A stretch of 64,000 nt of DNA from Verrucomicrobiota bacterium (lineage in GTDB: Bacteria; Verrucomicrobiota; Verrucomicrobiia; Limisphaerales; UBA8199), in assembly GCA_012517205.1 (NCBI GenBank), contig JAAYVL010000121.1:66-64065 (forward strand). The letters run 5' to 3'. A program made the translations under genes and the position numbers. The notes beneath the pieces are model-generated. The model had not been told where the DNA came from and made no database searches. It saw only the letters and a list, made by a program, of their open reading frames with translations. Each line of letters starts with the position of its first letter. Position 1 is the first letter of the stretch. This document shows, in pieces, positions 45,610-55,575 of the stretch.

Positions 45610-48201
45610 ATGGCTGCCAATTCACACCCGGATGCCTCCATGCCTCGCCGCAAGTTTCTCCAGTTGTCGGCCGCGACGGTGGGCGCGGTCGGCGGACTGG
45701 GCACGGTCCCCCCGGCTCAGGCGGTGCCTTCCCGCTCCGGCAGACGGGACGCGCGTCCAACTGGCCGGCGGACGGGGCGCGTGTACAACGGAGGATATTC
45801 TGGCGAATACTTAAACCAGGTGGCATTTCCCTTGGGAGGCATTGGGGCAGGCATGATTTGCCTTGAAGGCACGGGGATGCTCTCGCATTTCTCCCTGCGC
45901 AACCGGCCGGACATGTTTAATTCGCCATGTGTTTTTGCTGCCATTTCAGTCAAGGGCCAACCGCGGGCAGCGCGCGTGTTGGAGGGGCCGATTCCCGGGC
46001 GCAAACTTTATGGCCCCCAGGGGGCCGGCAATGGCCTGGGCGGCACCAGCTACGGCCTGCCGCGCTTTGCCCAGGCCTCCTTCAAAGCCCGTTTCCCGTT
46101 TGGCACCGTGACGCTCACCGACCCGCAACTTCCGTTGAGCGTTGCAATTACGGGTTGGAGCCCCTTCGAACCCGGCGACGCGGATAATTCCAGTCTGCCG
46201 GTGGCCGGGTTGGAATACCAGTTCACCAACCGCAGCGGTAAACCGCTCGAAGCCGTATTTTCTTTCAATGCGAGGAACTTCATGGTGACGGGCGGCAATC
46301 CGCAAGCGGTGCGCCCCATCGCGGGCGGGTTCATCCTGTGGGGAGGTGGCTCGACGGATCATCCGTGGGACGAAGCCGCGTTTTCGGCAACGGTGTCCGA
46401 AGCGGACACTAAGGTAAACCATGCCTGGTTTCGGGGCGGCTGGTGGGATGCCTTGACGCTGGCTTGGAAAGATATCACCGAAGGCGCATGTTTCGAGCGG
46501 CCGCCGGTGACCACGGGGAGACCCAGTCCGGGCGGGACACTGTTTGTCCCTTTTCAGCTTGCTGCCGGCGCAGCAAAAATGATCACGGTGCGATTGGCCT
46601 GGTTTGTAGGCCAAACCAACCTGCGCATCGGCCGGGACCCGGCGGGATTGAAGCCCGAAGCGGTCTCGCGGGACCATTACCGCCCGTGGTATGCGGGACG
46701 CTTTACAGACATCAACGGCGTCTCGTTCTATTGGCGGGATCACTATGACGAACTGCGGCAAAAGGCGAGCCGGTTTGCTGATTGCTTCTATGCCTCCACT
46801 CTGCCGCTCGAGGTCCTCGAAGCAGTCGCCGCCAACCTGACGATCCTTAAATCGCCAACCGTGATGCGCCAGACCGATGGCCGGCTCTGGGGGTGGGAGG
46901 GATGCCATGACAACGCGGGTTGTTGTCACGGCTCCTGCACGCATGTTTGGAATTATGCGCAGGCCATCCCGCACCTGTTCCCGCGCCTGGAGCGGACGCT
47001 GCGCGAGACCGAATTTGGCCCGTCGCAGGACGAGGCCGGGCATCAACAGTTCCGCAGCGCACTCCCGATCCGGCCCGTCGAGCATGATTTCCACGCCGCC
47101 GCCGACGGGCAGCTTGGTGGAATCATGAAGGTATTCCGCGAATGGCGAATCAGTGGTGATACCGAATGGCTGCGGGGATTATGGCCTAAAGTCAAACGCA
47201 GCCTGGAGTTTTGCATTAAGACCTGGGATCCGGGGCATAAAGGAGTGATCGAAGAGCCACACCACAACACCTACGACATTGAGTTTTGGGGGCCGGACGG
47301 CATGTGCACCAGTTTCTATCTGGGGGCACTGCAAGCCGCGGTGTTGATGGGCAAAGCGTTGGGCGACGAGGTGCCACTCTATGCCCAATTGCTGGCGGCC
47401 GGTATTCGCCGGACGGAGTCCGAGTTATTCGACGGTGAGTATTTCATTCAGCGCATTGACTGGACGAACTTAAAAGCCGGCAACCCGCTGGAGAACAAGA
47501 ACCTGACGGGGAACTTTTCGCCGGAAGCCCGGGCGGTCTTTGAGAAAGAGGGGCCGAACTATCAATATGGCACCGGCTGCCTTTCCGACGGCGTGTTGGG
47601 CTCGTGGTTGGCGCTGGTATGCGGCGTAGGGCAGGTGCTGGCGGCACCCAAGGTGGCCAGTCACTTGCAAGCCGTCCATAAGTATAACCTCAAGCTCGAC
47701 TTGTCGGATTTCGCCAATCCCCAGCGGCCTGCCTACGCTTGCGGGGCGGAAGGCGGCCTGGTGCTCTGCACCTGGCCAAAAGGCGGGGAACTCTCGCTGC
47801 CATTTGTCTATTCCAACGAGGTTTGGACTGGCATCGAATATCAGGTGGCGTCGCACCTGATGCGAATGGGGCTGGTCTCCGAAGGTCTTGAAGTAGTGAG
47901 GGTTTGCCGCGACCGCTATGATGGCCGCGTGCGCAATCCCTTCAATGAATACGAGTGCGGCCATTGGTATGCGCGCGCGATGTCTTCTTATGCGCTGCTC
48001 TTTGGCCTGAGCGGCGCGCGCTATGACGCCGTAGAAAAGGTGCTGTACTTGGAACCCCGTCTCCGGGGCGATTTCCGCTGCTTTCTGGCTACCGCCTCCG
48101 GCTACGGCCTCGTCGGCGTGCGCAAAGGCAGGCCGTTTTATGAACCCAGGGCCGGAACCCTGGACATCCGCGAGATCAAATATGTGAAATACACGGGCTG
48201 A
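45610..48201 (+). CDS. GH116-family beta-glycosidase (GBA2/glucosylceramidase-like), TAT-exported
   Basis: RRKFLQLSAATVGAVGG leader. The N-terminal domain carries FPLGGIGAGMICLEGTG, and the catalytic region includes EEPHHNTYDIEFWG, as in GH116/DUF608 proteins. Confidence 0.78.
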   Translation: MAANSHPDASMPRRKFLQLSAATVGAVGGLGTVPPAQAVPSRSGRRDARPTGRRTGRVYNGGYSGEYLNQVAFPLGGIGAGMICLEGTGMLSHFSLRNRPDMFNSPCVFAAISVKGQPRAARVLEGPIPGRKLYGPQGAGNGLGGTSYGLPRFAQASFKARFPFGTVTLTDPQLPLSVAITGWSPFEPGDADNSSLPVAGLEYQFTNRSGKPLEAVFSFNARNFMVTGGNPQAVRPIAGGFILWGGGSTDHPWDEAAFSATVSEADTKVNHAWFRGGWWDALTLAWKDITEGACFERPPVTTGRPSPGGTLFVPFQLAAGAAKMITVRLAWFVGQTNLRIGRDPAGLKPEAVSRDHYRPWYAGRFTDINGVSFYWRDHYDELRQKASRFADCFYASTLPLEVLEAVAANLTILKSPTVMRQTDGRLWGWEGCHDNAGCCHGSCTHVWNYAQAIPHLFPRLERTLRETEFGPSQDEAGHQQFRSALPIRPVEHDFHAAADGQLGGIMKVFREWRISGDTEWLRGLWPKVKRSLEFCIKTWDPGHKGVIEEPHHNTYDIEFWGPDGMCTSFYLGALQAAVLMGKALGDEVPLYAQLLAAGIRRTESELFDGEYFIQRIDWTNLKAGNPLENKNLTGNFSPEARAVFEKEGPNYQYGTGCLSDGVLGSWLALVCGVGQVLAAPKVASHLQAVHKYNLKLDLSDFANPQRPAYACGAEGGLVLCTWPKGGELSLPFVYSNEVWTGIEYQVASHLMRMGLVSEGLEVVRVCRDRYDGRVRNPFNEYECGHWYARAMSSYALLFGLSGARYDAVEKVLYLEPRLRGDFRCFLATASGYGLVGVRKGRPFYEPRAGTLDIREIKYVKYTG

Positions 48202-48232
48202 AACTTCCGCTGAAATCAACCCCCATTGAATC

Positions 48233-49858
48233 ATGGCGCAAGCTGTTTTAGCGATGCCGGGACCGAGTGCTCGGTTTATAAACCGAAACTGGCCTTTCAC
48301 TCTTTGGCAGCTTTTAATTCTGTTGTTCCTGGGAGGAATATCCTGCGCTTCGGTACACGCCTGCACACTTTGGGGGGCTGCTGGAGTCGACGCGGGAGGG
48401 GGTACTATCATTTCCAAGAATCGTGATTGGAAGCCGGACCATGTACAGGTGCTAAAAATGCAGCGGCCTACAAATGGCTATGCTTATTTCGGTCTGTATG
48501 CTGAAGGAAACGATGCACCCGGGATTAAGGAGGGAATCAACGAAAAGGGTCTGACCGTGGTGACCGCCTCAGCCGGAGCTATTCCCAAACAGACGCGCGA
48601 GGCACAACCGGGAAAAGGCAGCCTTATCAGCACGCTGCTGGCGAACTGCGCTAATTGCGACGAGGTGCTCGCCCAACAGGATAAGCTCTTTTCGCAGCGG
48701 CGGCCCACCTTCGTGATGATAGCTGACCGCAAGCAGATCCTCATGCTTGAAGTCGGTCTGCAGGGGCGCTACTCGATGCGCGCTGTTAAAACTGGCACCG
48801 TGGTGCATGCAAACCATTACCTCGATGAGGCAATGCAGGAATTTAACCTCAAGACCAACCGCAGCAGTTGCGCGCGCGTTAAGCGGATTGCGGACCTGCT
48901 GCAGGCGGCTCCCCGGCCATTCGACACGGCACAATTCGCCAGCATGAGTCGAGACCGGCATGGTGGTCCGAATAATAGCTTGTGGCGTACGGGAACCAAT
49001 GGCTGCACCCTTTCCTCGTGGATCGTTGAAACCCCGTCCCAGGGCGCTCCCCGGCTCCGGGTTCTCATCGCCAATCCAAACCAACCGGAGGAATTGCGTC
49101 AGTATGTGCTGGACAATGCCTTCTGGAAAAAGCCCGCGGGGACGGCGGCGTTTCAAGCTGCCACCTGCGAGGGCGCTTACGAACGACATCTGCAGGGCAT
49201 CTGCACCAATGAACGCGATGCGCTTTACTGGAGTTGGACGGACGCACTGGTCAAAACCGACCGGCATGGGCGTATCCTCAAGCGCCTGGAGGTGGCCAGC
49301 CATCATGGCGACCTATGCCATCATCAGGGCGATGTTTTTGTCGCGGTGAACCTGGGCGCATTTAATCGCCCTGCCGGCTACGCGAATTCGTGGGTCTTTG
49401 TGTACGACGCCGATACGCTCATCGAACGGGCACGGCACCCCGTGCCCGAAGTGGAGCATGGGGCCGGCGGCATTGCTTATCACAAGGGAAGATTCATAGT
49501 GGTGGGCGGACTGCCGGAAGGCGTAAATGAAAACTACCTCTACGAATACGATGAGAAGTTTGCGTTTAGAAAACGGCACGTGCTCGCCAGCGGCTACACC
49601 TTGATGGGCATCCAGACGGTTGCTTTCGCGGAGGGGGCGTGGTGGTTTGGGTGCTACGGTACCCCCAAGGTGCTGCTGCGCGCGAATCCCCGCCTGCAAC
49701 TGACGGACCGCTGGGAATTCGATGCGTCGCTGGGTATCGTGGGGTTGGGCAATCAGCGCTTTCTAATCGGGCAGAATAATAAGCGCCCCAATGTCGGCTA
49801 CGAGGGGCAAGTGGCAATTGCCCGGTTCACGGCGGAAAAGGGCCTGATATTCGAATAG
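48233..49858 (+). CDS. Cys-nucleophile Ntn hydrolase (C45/choloylglycine-hydrolase-like) with C-terminal domain of unknown function
   Basis: The signal peptide ends VHA, immediately followed by CTLWGAAG...IISKNRDW (N-terminal Cys nucleophile plus the NRDW motif) and later HANHYL. About 280 further residues have no recognisable family. Confidence 0.7.
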   Translation: MAQAVLAMPGPSARFINRNWPFTLWQLLILLFLGGISCASVHACTLWGAAGVDAGGGTIISKNRDWKPDHVQVLKMQRPTNGYAYFGLYAEGNDAPGIKEGINEKGLTVVTASAGAIPKQTREAQPGKGSLISTLLANCANCDEVLAQQDKLFSQRRPTFVMIADRKQILMLEVGLQGRYSMRAVKTGTVVHANHYLDEAMQEFNLKTNRSSCARVKRIADLLQAAPRPFDTAQFASMSRDRHGGPNNSLWRTGTNGCTLSSWIVETPSQGAPRLRVLIANPNQPEELRQYVLDNAFWKKPAGTAAFQAATCEGAYERHLQGICTNERDALYWSWTDALVKTDRHGRILKRLEVASHHGDLCHHQGDVFVAVNLGAFNRPAGYANSWVFVYDADTLIERARHPVPEVEHGAGGIAYHKGRFIVVGGLPEGVNENYLYEYDEKFAFRKRHVLASGYTLMGIQTVAFAEGAWWFGCYGTPKVLLRANPRLQLTDRWEFDASLGIVGLGNQRFLIGQNNKRPNVGYEGQVAIARFTAEKGLIFE

Positions 49859-50004
49859 CCGGGGGTGGTGGTGGCACAAACGCCCGGGACGAATACGTGG
49901 CGGACAGCCTGGCATCAACGGCATACTGCTCACAGTTCGATTTTGCCACGGCTTTATTATTTCCCTAACCGCGGTTTTGCTTTATTACTCCCCCCGACCG
50001 CACC

Positions 50005-50550
50005 ATGAATCGAGCTGTTTTCCTCGACCGCGATGGAACCATCATCGCCGAAAAAAACTATCTCAGCCGGGTGGAAGAAGTGGAAATCTTTCCCGGAGCT
50101 GGAGCGGCACTGGGACTTTTATGCCAAGCCGGATTCCGGCTTTTCCTCGTGACGAACCAGTCCGGCGTGGGGCGCGGCTATTTTACACTGGCGCAAGTCC
50201 ATGAAATACACCAGTATCTCCTCCGTGAGTTAGACCGTGACCGGGTGCGGTTCGAGAAGATTTACATCGCGCCCGAGGCGCCTGGTGCGCCCAGCCGGGG
50301 CCGCAAACCCTCGCCGCAATTCCTGTGGGATGCGCGCGCGGAGTTTGGGGTGGACCTGGCGCAAAGTTATATGATTGGCGACAAACTGATTGATTTGGAA
50401 TGCGGCTGGAATGCCGGCGTGAAGCAGTGTCTGCTGGTCCGCACAGGCTACGGGGCGGAACTGGAGCAGGAAGCTGCCGACAAACTGGCCGCCGCCGTTG
50501 TCGTGGACGATTTGCCCGCGGCGGCGCAGTGGATCCTCAAGCAAACCTAA
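50005..50550 (+). CDS. gmhB: D-glycero-D-manno-heptose 1,7-bisphosphate phosphatase (HAD-IIIA)
   Basis: AVFLDRDGTII, LVTNQSGVGRGYF, RKPSPQFL and IGDKLIDLECG. Confidence 0.8.
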   Translation: MNRAVFLDRDGTIIAEKNYLSRVEEVEIFPGAGAALGLLCQAGFRLFLVTNQSGVGRGYFTLAQVHEIHQYLLRELDRDRVRFEKIYIAPEAPGAPSRGRKPSPQFLWDARAEFGVDLAQSYMIGDKLIDLECGWNAGVKQCLLVRTGYGAELEQEAADKLAAAVVVDDLPAAAQWILKQT

Positions 50551-50612
50551 ACTGGCACCTCGCAGCTCGGGGTGTTTCCGAAACAGACTCCTAAACAAAA
50601 AGAGTAAAGAAC

Positions 50613-52472
50613 ATGTGTGGCATAGTTGGATATGTAGGCAGGAAAGAAGCGACGCCGTTGCTCATTGAAGGCCTCCGGCGGCTCGAATACCGAGGGTACG
50701 ACTCGGCCGGGATATGTGTCCTGACGAACGGAACGCTTCATGTGCGCAAACAAGTGGGGCGCGTCGAAGGACTGGCGCAATCGCTCAAAACGAAACCGGT
50801 TAAGGGCTCGCTCGGAATCAGCCACACGCGCTGGGCCACGCATGGCCTGCCCAGCGACATCAATTCCCATCCGCACCTTGACCAGTCCGGCAAGGTCGCG
50901 CTGGTGCATAACGGCATCATAGAAAACTACACCACGCTCCGGCATCGTCTTCAGCGCCTTGGCCACCGCTTCCTGTCGCAGACCGATACTGAGGTGCTCG
51001 CACATTTGATCGGCCATCACCTCGACCAGGCACTCGCCCGGAAAGGCGAAGTCACGCCGGAGCGCGTCACACAAGCCATCTTCGCCGCTACGCGTGAAGT
51101 CGAGGGCACTTACGCCATTGCCCTCATGCACCAGGGCTTGCCCGGTCACCTGTTCGGTGCGCGCCGCGGTTCTCCTCTGGTTGTCGGCCTCGGCCAGGAC
51201 GAAAACTTCCTGGCGAGCGACGTTTCACCCATTGTCGCGCATACCCGCAAGGTCGTCTATTTACACGATGGCGACATCGTCACGCTGACAAACAAAGACT
51301 TTGCCCTGCAAGCCCGCGGCAAGGCGATCCAGCGCCCAATCAGTTCCGTGGATTGGTCGGCTGAGGAAGCTGAACGCGGCAAACACCCTCACTACATGCT
51401 CAAGGAAATCTTCGAGCAACCCGGCCGCGTGGCCGAGGTGCTTCGGCGCACCCTTCGCCCCGCAAAGGGCAATGTCGAGTTCGAGGAAATGGCCCTCAAG
51501 CCCAAGGAACTGGCCAAGATCAACCGGCTCATTCTTGTGGGTTGCGGGACTAGCTGGCACGCCGCGCTGGTAGGTGAGTATGTCATCGAAACCCTCGCCC
51601 GCCTGCCGGTAGAAGTTGAATACGGCAGCGAAATGCGCTATCGCGGGCGCCCCATCGAGAAGAACACACTCATCGTCTCCATCTCTCAATCCGGAGAAAC
51701 TGCCGACACGCTGGCGGCCATCCGCGCGGCCAAGGCCCAGGGTGCACGTACGCTGGGTATTGTCAATGTCGTAGGTTCGACCATCGCCCGTGAATCTGAT
51801 GCGGATATTTACATGCGTGCCGGCCCCGAAATTGGGGTAGCCTCGACCAAAGCCTTCGAGATGCAGGTGCTGCAATTGACGCTATTGGGCATTGCCTTGG
51901 CGCGCCAGCGCGGCGAACTTTCCCCGGCGGCGGGCCGCAAACTCGTGCGCGAACTCCAGACCATCCCGGGCAAGATTGAAAAAATTCTGGCAGGAGATGC
52001 GCATTTGCGAAAAATCTCTAAAAAGTACCACCAGGCAACCGGCTTCCTTTACATGGGCCGTCAGTTCAACTTTCCGGTCGCCCTGGAAGGCGCCCTCAAA
52101 CTCAAGGAAATTTCCTACATCCACGCCGAGGGTTATCCTTCAGCGGAGATGAAACACGGCCCCATCGCGCTTATTGCACCCGACTTCCCAAGCGTTTTCG
52201 TCGTGCCTCGCGACGCGATGTACGACAAGAACATGAGCAACGTTGAAGAGATACGGGCGCGCAAAGGCCCCATCATCGCGGTCGCGACTGAAGGCGATGC
52301 CGAAATCAAGCACAAGGCCAGCGACGTGATCTACATCCCGCAAACGCTGGATATCTTGCAGCCTCTATTGACCGTGGTGCCGCTGCAACTGCTTGCGTAT
52401 CACATCGCTGTTCTGCGCGGATGCGACGTGGACAAGCCCCGCAACCTGGCCAAAAGCGTCACGGTCGAATAG
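50613..52472 (+). CDS. glmS: glutamine--fructose-6-phosphate aminotransferase
   Basis: MCGIVGYVG..., RLEYRGYDSAGI and two SIS domains (SQSGETADT). The C-terminus is LAKSVTVE. Confidence 0.95.
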   Translation: MCGIVGYVGRKEATPLLIEGLRRLEYRGYDSAGICVLTNGTLHVRKQVGRVEGLAQSLKTKPVKGSLGISHTRWATHGLPSDINSHPHLDQSGKVALVHNGIIENYTTLRHRLQRLGHRFLSQTDTEVLAHLIGHHLDQALARKGEVTPERVTQAIFAATREVEGTYAIALMHQGLPGHLFGARRGSPLVVGLGQDENFLASDVSPIVAHTRKVVYLHDGDIVTLTNKDFALQARGKAIQRPISSVDWSAEEAERGKHPHYMLKEIFEQPGRVAEVLRRTLRPAKGNVEFEEMALKPKELAKINRLILVGCGTSWHAALVGEYVIETLARLPVEVEYGSEMRYRGRPIEKNTLIVSISQSGETADTLAAIRAAKAQGARTLGIVNVVGSTIARESDADIYMRAGPEIGVASTKAFEMQVLQLTLLGIALARQRGELSPAAGRKLVRELQTIPGKIEKILAGDAHLRKISKKYHQATGFLYMGRQFNFPVALEGALKLKEISYIHAEGYPSAEMKHGPIALIAPDFPSVFVVPRDAMYDKNMSNVEEIRARKGPIIAVATEGDAEIKHKASDVIYIPQTLDILQPLLTVVPLQLLAYHIAVLRGCDVDKPRNLAKSVTVE

Positions 52473-52548
52473 TGCAACTGTCTTTTCACGCAATAAACCA
52501 ATAATGAAACATAACATACGAATAATAATGATCCCTGAATATACGCAG

Positions 52549-53325
52549 ATGAATCCTTCGCAGCGGTGCAGTCCACGTCGTGGGTTGGCTCTCGCCACTG
52601 CTCTTTTGCTCGGAACCAGCTTGATTTCGACTCAGGCCCAGCAGGCGTCCGCCTCAAGCGCCCCTCCATCCACCAACCGGTGGGAGACCACGGCGGCCGC
52701 CGGCCTGACGTTGACTCGTGGGAACAGCGAAACCCTGCTGGCCACGCTGAGCCTGGATACCAAGCGGAAGTGGGAGCACGACGAAGTCGCACTTGGTCTC
52801 GCCGGTGGTTACGGTGAGGATCATAAGGTGCGAAACACTGAGTTTGTCAACGCCTTCGGCCAATACAACCGGCTGTTAAGCGAACGCTTCTACGTTGGGT
52901 TGCGGGCTGATTTCAACTACGACGGCATAGCGAATCTGAGCTACCGAGTCACCGTCAGCCCCTTGGCCGGGTATTACCTGATCAAGGAAGCCAGAACCTC
53001 GCTGGCATTTGAGGCTGGCCCGTCAGTGGTGTTTGAAAAGTATCAAAATCAATCGTCAGACACCTATGCCGGTCTCCGATTGGCCGAACGCTTTGAGCAC
53101 AAACTCACCGATACCACCAAGATCTGGCAAAGCGCCACTTATGTCCCGCAATTGGACCGGTGGACGGAAAAATACCTCCTCACATTCGAGGCCGGCATTG
53201 ACACCGCCATCACCAAGAAATGGAGCTTGCGGGTGGTCTTCCAGGACATTTATGATAGCGAACCGGCTGCTGGTAACGATCATAATGATCTGCGCCTAAT
53301 CGCCGGCACGGCGTACAAATTCTAA
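52549..53325 (+). CDS. DUF481-family outer-membrane protein
   Basis: Signal peptide ...LISTQAQQ, then AAGLTLTRGNSETL, a beta-strand pattern and a terminal TAYKF. The start is ATG 52549 or ATG 52504. Confidence 0.7.
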   Translation: MNPSQRCSPRRGLALATALLLGTSLISTQAQQASASSAPPSTNRWETTAAAGLTLTRGNSETLLATLSLDTKRKWEHDEVALGLAGGYGEDHKVRNTEFVNAFGQYNRLLSERFYVGLRADFNYDGIANLSYRVTVSPLAGYYLIKEARTSLAFEAGPSVVFEKYQNQSSDTYAGLRLAERFEHKLTDTTKIWQSATYVPQLDRWTEKYLLTFEAGIDTAITKKWSLRVVFQDIYDSEPAAGNDHNDLRLIAGTAYKF

Positions 53326-53376
53326 CCTCCCGTCGCGACCTGCGACAAGGCAGTCGAAATCATTCCCGACCTCTCC

Positions 53377-53411
53377 CGCCTGATGGCGCAAATTGTGCCA
53401 TCAGGCGTTTT
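53377..53411 (+). terminator. intrinsic terminator downstream of the DUF481 gene
   Basis: An 11-bp perfect stem, CGCCTGATGGC (53377-87) / GCCATCAGGCG (53397-407), has a 9-nt loop and is followed by TTTT. Confidence 0.7.
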
Positions 53412-53475
53412 CGTGCATGGTTATACGCAAGTGAGTTGCCATTGCTCTCTGTTGGTCCGGTGCGTGGCGTCGCCC

Positions 53476-55452
53476 TCAACACTCGATATGCTGACGAATG
53501 GCGTCCACAAGCGCATAGGGATTAGTTTGGTCCAACCGGCTTAGCACACATTCCCAACGGTAAGCAAAGCTGCCCTCCGGGTCGTACTTGCAGTGCTGGA
53601 AAAGTGTGTCAAACGCGCGGCGGCGAATGCGGTAGTCACCTTGAATCTGCAGGAACTGGTCACGGAGGGCGTCAAGGTAGGCGGTGGCGAACGCTCGCAA
53701 ATCAGGAATAGCCTCACCGCGACTGTTAACAGGATGCGCGTAGCGGGCGGCGAATGTCTCCAAGGGCAGCTTATATTCAACAAAGGCGCCGGTGTAGTCC
53801 ACAACCAGGATTTCCGAAGGCAATCCATCATCGCCTTCCCGCACCAGTTCATCGCCATCATCGAAAAGCGGGCACAATTCTCTCCCCTCCTCTGCTTCCT
53901 GAGCGCGCCCCACAATCAAGTTGGAAGCTGCTGCGCGCCCCAGAAGTTCAGCCAGCCTAGCTCCGTATCCCGGGCGACCATACCTTTCTGGCGTCAGTTT
54001 ATCGGTGGCAATGCCCGACAAGTACTCCCGCTCGAAATAAAACGTGCGGATAGGTTCGCCATAAAATCGAGCGTTGGAGCCCCGGTAGATTTCACTTAGG
54101 CGCCGCAAGCCAACGCGCCGGATCAGGTTCATCCGCAACTGGTGGCAGCCCAGACGGCGGTCCAGGCAATAGTCGGTATAGTCGTCGCTTTCCCGAATTG
54201 CCTGCAGCAAATCTTTCCCTTCATCCAGGCGCTCCCAAACACTCCATTTTTGGAGACGCAGGAAGCGTTTAATAACGGCGCGCTCACTCCGGGAATAGAG
54301 TTCGACCAGGTACACGCCCCGGCGACTGTTCTTTTGAGGCCGCCCCAGTGATAACGATTCCGCCACACAGCCCACATTGATGTAATCCAGGTCGCCATAT
54401 TCACGGATGAAGTTAAAGATGATGCCTTGCGCGCGCGAATCACAAAGCCGCTGCAACTCCTCGTCCTCCGGATGACGGACCGCATCATCAAATATCGGGT
54501 CAAGCAGAAACTCACCCTCCTCGAAGCGCCCGCCGGGCAACCACTCCACCTGGAGGTAGAATTCCGGGCTGAGCCCGCTGAGAATCTCCTCCGTCTCCGT
54601 CTCATTGCCCTCCAGGAAAAGCGTCGCCAAAATCCGCTCGCTCCAGACACGGTTTTTAGGATCGTCGGTGCAAAAATCCTTGCCCACAGCGGCACTAAAA
54701 CGGGCGCAAAGATCGCCAAAAAGCGCGCGCAATTGTTCCCTGCCCAGTTGGGGGTAATCGGTGCCAGCAAATTGAGGCGCACCGAACTGCTGCTGGTCGA
54801 CGGCAAAGAAATCCAATTCCGGATGGCCTAACCGATTACGCAAGGTGGAATGCACCGCTATTTCCCGGAGGTGGCACGCCAAGTTGGCATCATCCAGTTT
54901 GCCGAGTTCCGCAAACTCCTGGCAGGTCAGCCACCGGGTGCCGGTCAAGCGATTGTAGAAATAGATGGGTTGGCCATGAATGCCTACTTTCGACCCCAGC
55001 ACCAGCCGCGTCTTCGCCTCAATGGTCTTGGGAATCGAACTGAGGCGCCAACATTCTCCACGCTGTTTAATTGCCTCCCTTACCCGGCGATCCGCAACCG
55101 ACAGGAACTTAACCTGCCGCTTGGGGACCCGGGTCTGGAGCAATTCATCCCCGGCAAACGCCAGGTCCATGCGGTCGGGGTTGGGCCGAATCAGGATATG
55201 TTCGGGATCAAATACCAGATCCACCGACTCGGCTGATAGTTCCTCTTCTTCTTCTCGATTCAAGGGCGCCAACCCCCTGGCGACGCGCCCCTGGTTGACG
55301 TGCCCAATGAAGCCCAGTCGCTGCAGCGCATGCACCCCCGGCGGTTGCGTCCAAAGCGCGCCATAAGACGGAAACAGGCTGCCGATTCGAGTAATCTGTC
55401 GGCCCTGCTCGTCCCGCGCGAATGGGTCTGGTCCAATCAGTTCCAAATGCAT
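53476..55452 (-). CDS. large hypothetical protein (658 aa), possible AceK-like/atypical kinase fold in C-terminal half
   Basis: ATG 55452 (MHLELIGPDPF...). It is a long uninterrupted ORF with protein-like composition and no canonical motif (no P-loop, no HTH). See findings for the weak AceK resemblance. Confidence 0.7.
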   Translation of the reverse strand: MHLELIGPDPFARDEQGRQITRIGSLFPSYGALWTQPPGVHALQRLGFIGHVNQGRVARGLAPLNREEEEELSAESVDLVFDPEHILIRPNPDRMDLAFAGDELLQTRVPKRQVKFLSVADRRVREAIKQRGECWRLSSIPKTIEAKTRLVLGSKVGIHGQPIYFYNRLTGTRWLTCQEFAELGKLDDANLACHLREIAVHSTLRNRLGHPELDFFAVDQQQFGAPQFAGTDYPQLGREQLRALFGDLCARFSAAVGKDFCTDDPKNRVWSERILATLFLEGNETETEEILSGLSPEFYLQVEWLPGGRFEEGEFLLDPIFDDAVRHPEDEELQRLCDSRAQGIIFNFIREYGDLDYINVGCVAESLSLGRPQKNSRRGVYLVELYSRSERAVIKRFLRLQKWSVWERLDEGKDLLQAIRESDDYTDYCLDRRLGCHQLRMNLIRRVGLRRLSEIYRGSNARFYGEPIRTFYFEREYLSGIATDKLTPERYGRPGYGARLAELLGRAAASNLIVGRAQEAEEGRELCPLFDDGDELVREGDDGLPSEILVVDYTGAFVEYKLPLETFAARYAHPVNSRGEAIPDLRAFATAYLDALRDQFLQIQGDYRIRRRAFDTLFQHCKYDPEGSFAYRWECVLSRLDQTNPYALVDAIRQHIEC

Positions 55453-55575
55453 GTTTAACCTGTCCTTCAGCTCGGGTTTAGCATACGCGCTCCGTGTGCA
55501 AAAAGCCAGTCGAAACCGGCGCGGTAATTCTTTTCGTCCGTGCAATCTTCGACTGCTGTGGCTACAAAGAGCACA

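Noticed and set aside
50551-50612. Possible glmS ribozyme upstream of glmS
   Set aside because: Only 62 nt lie between gmhB and glmS, far too short for the ribozyme core of about 170 nt.
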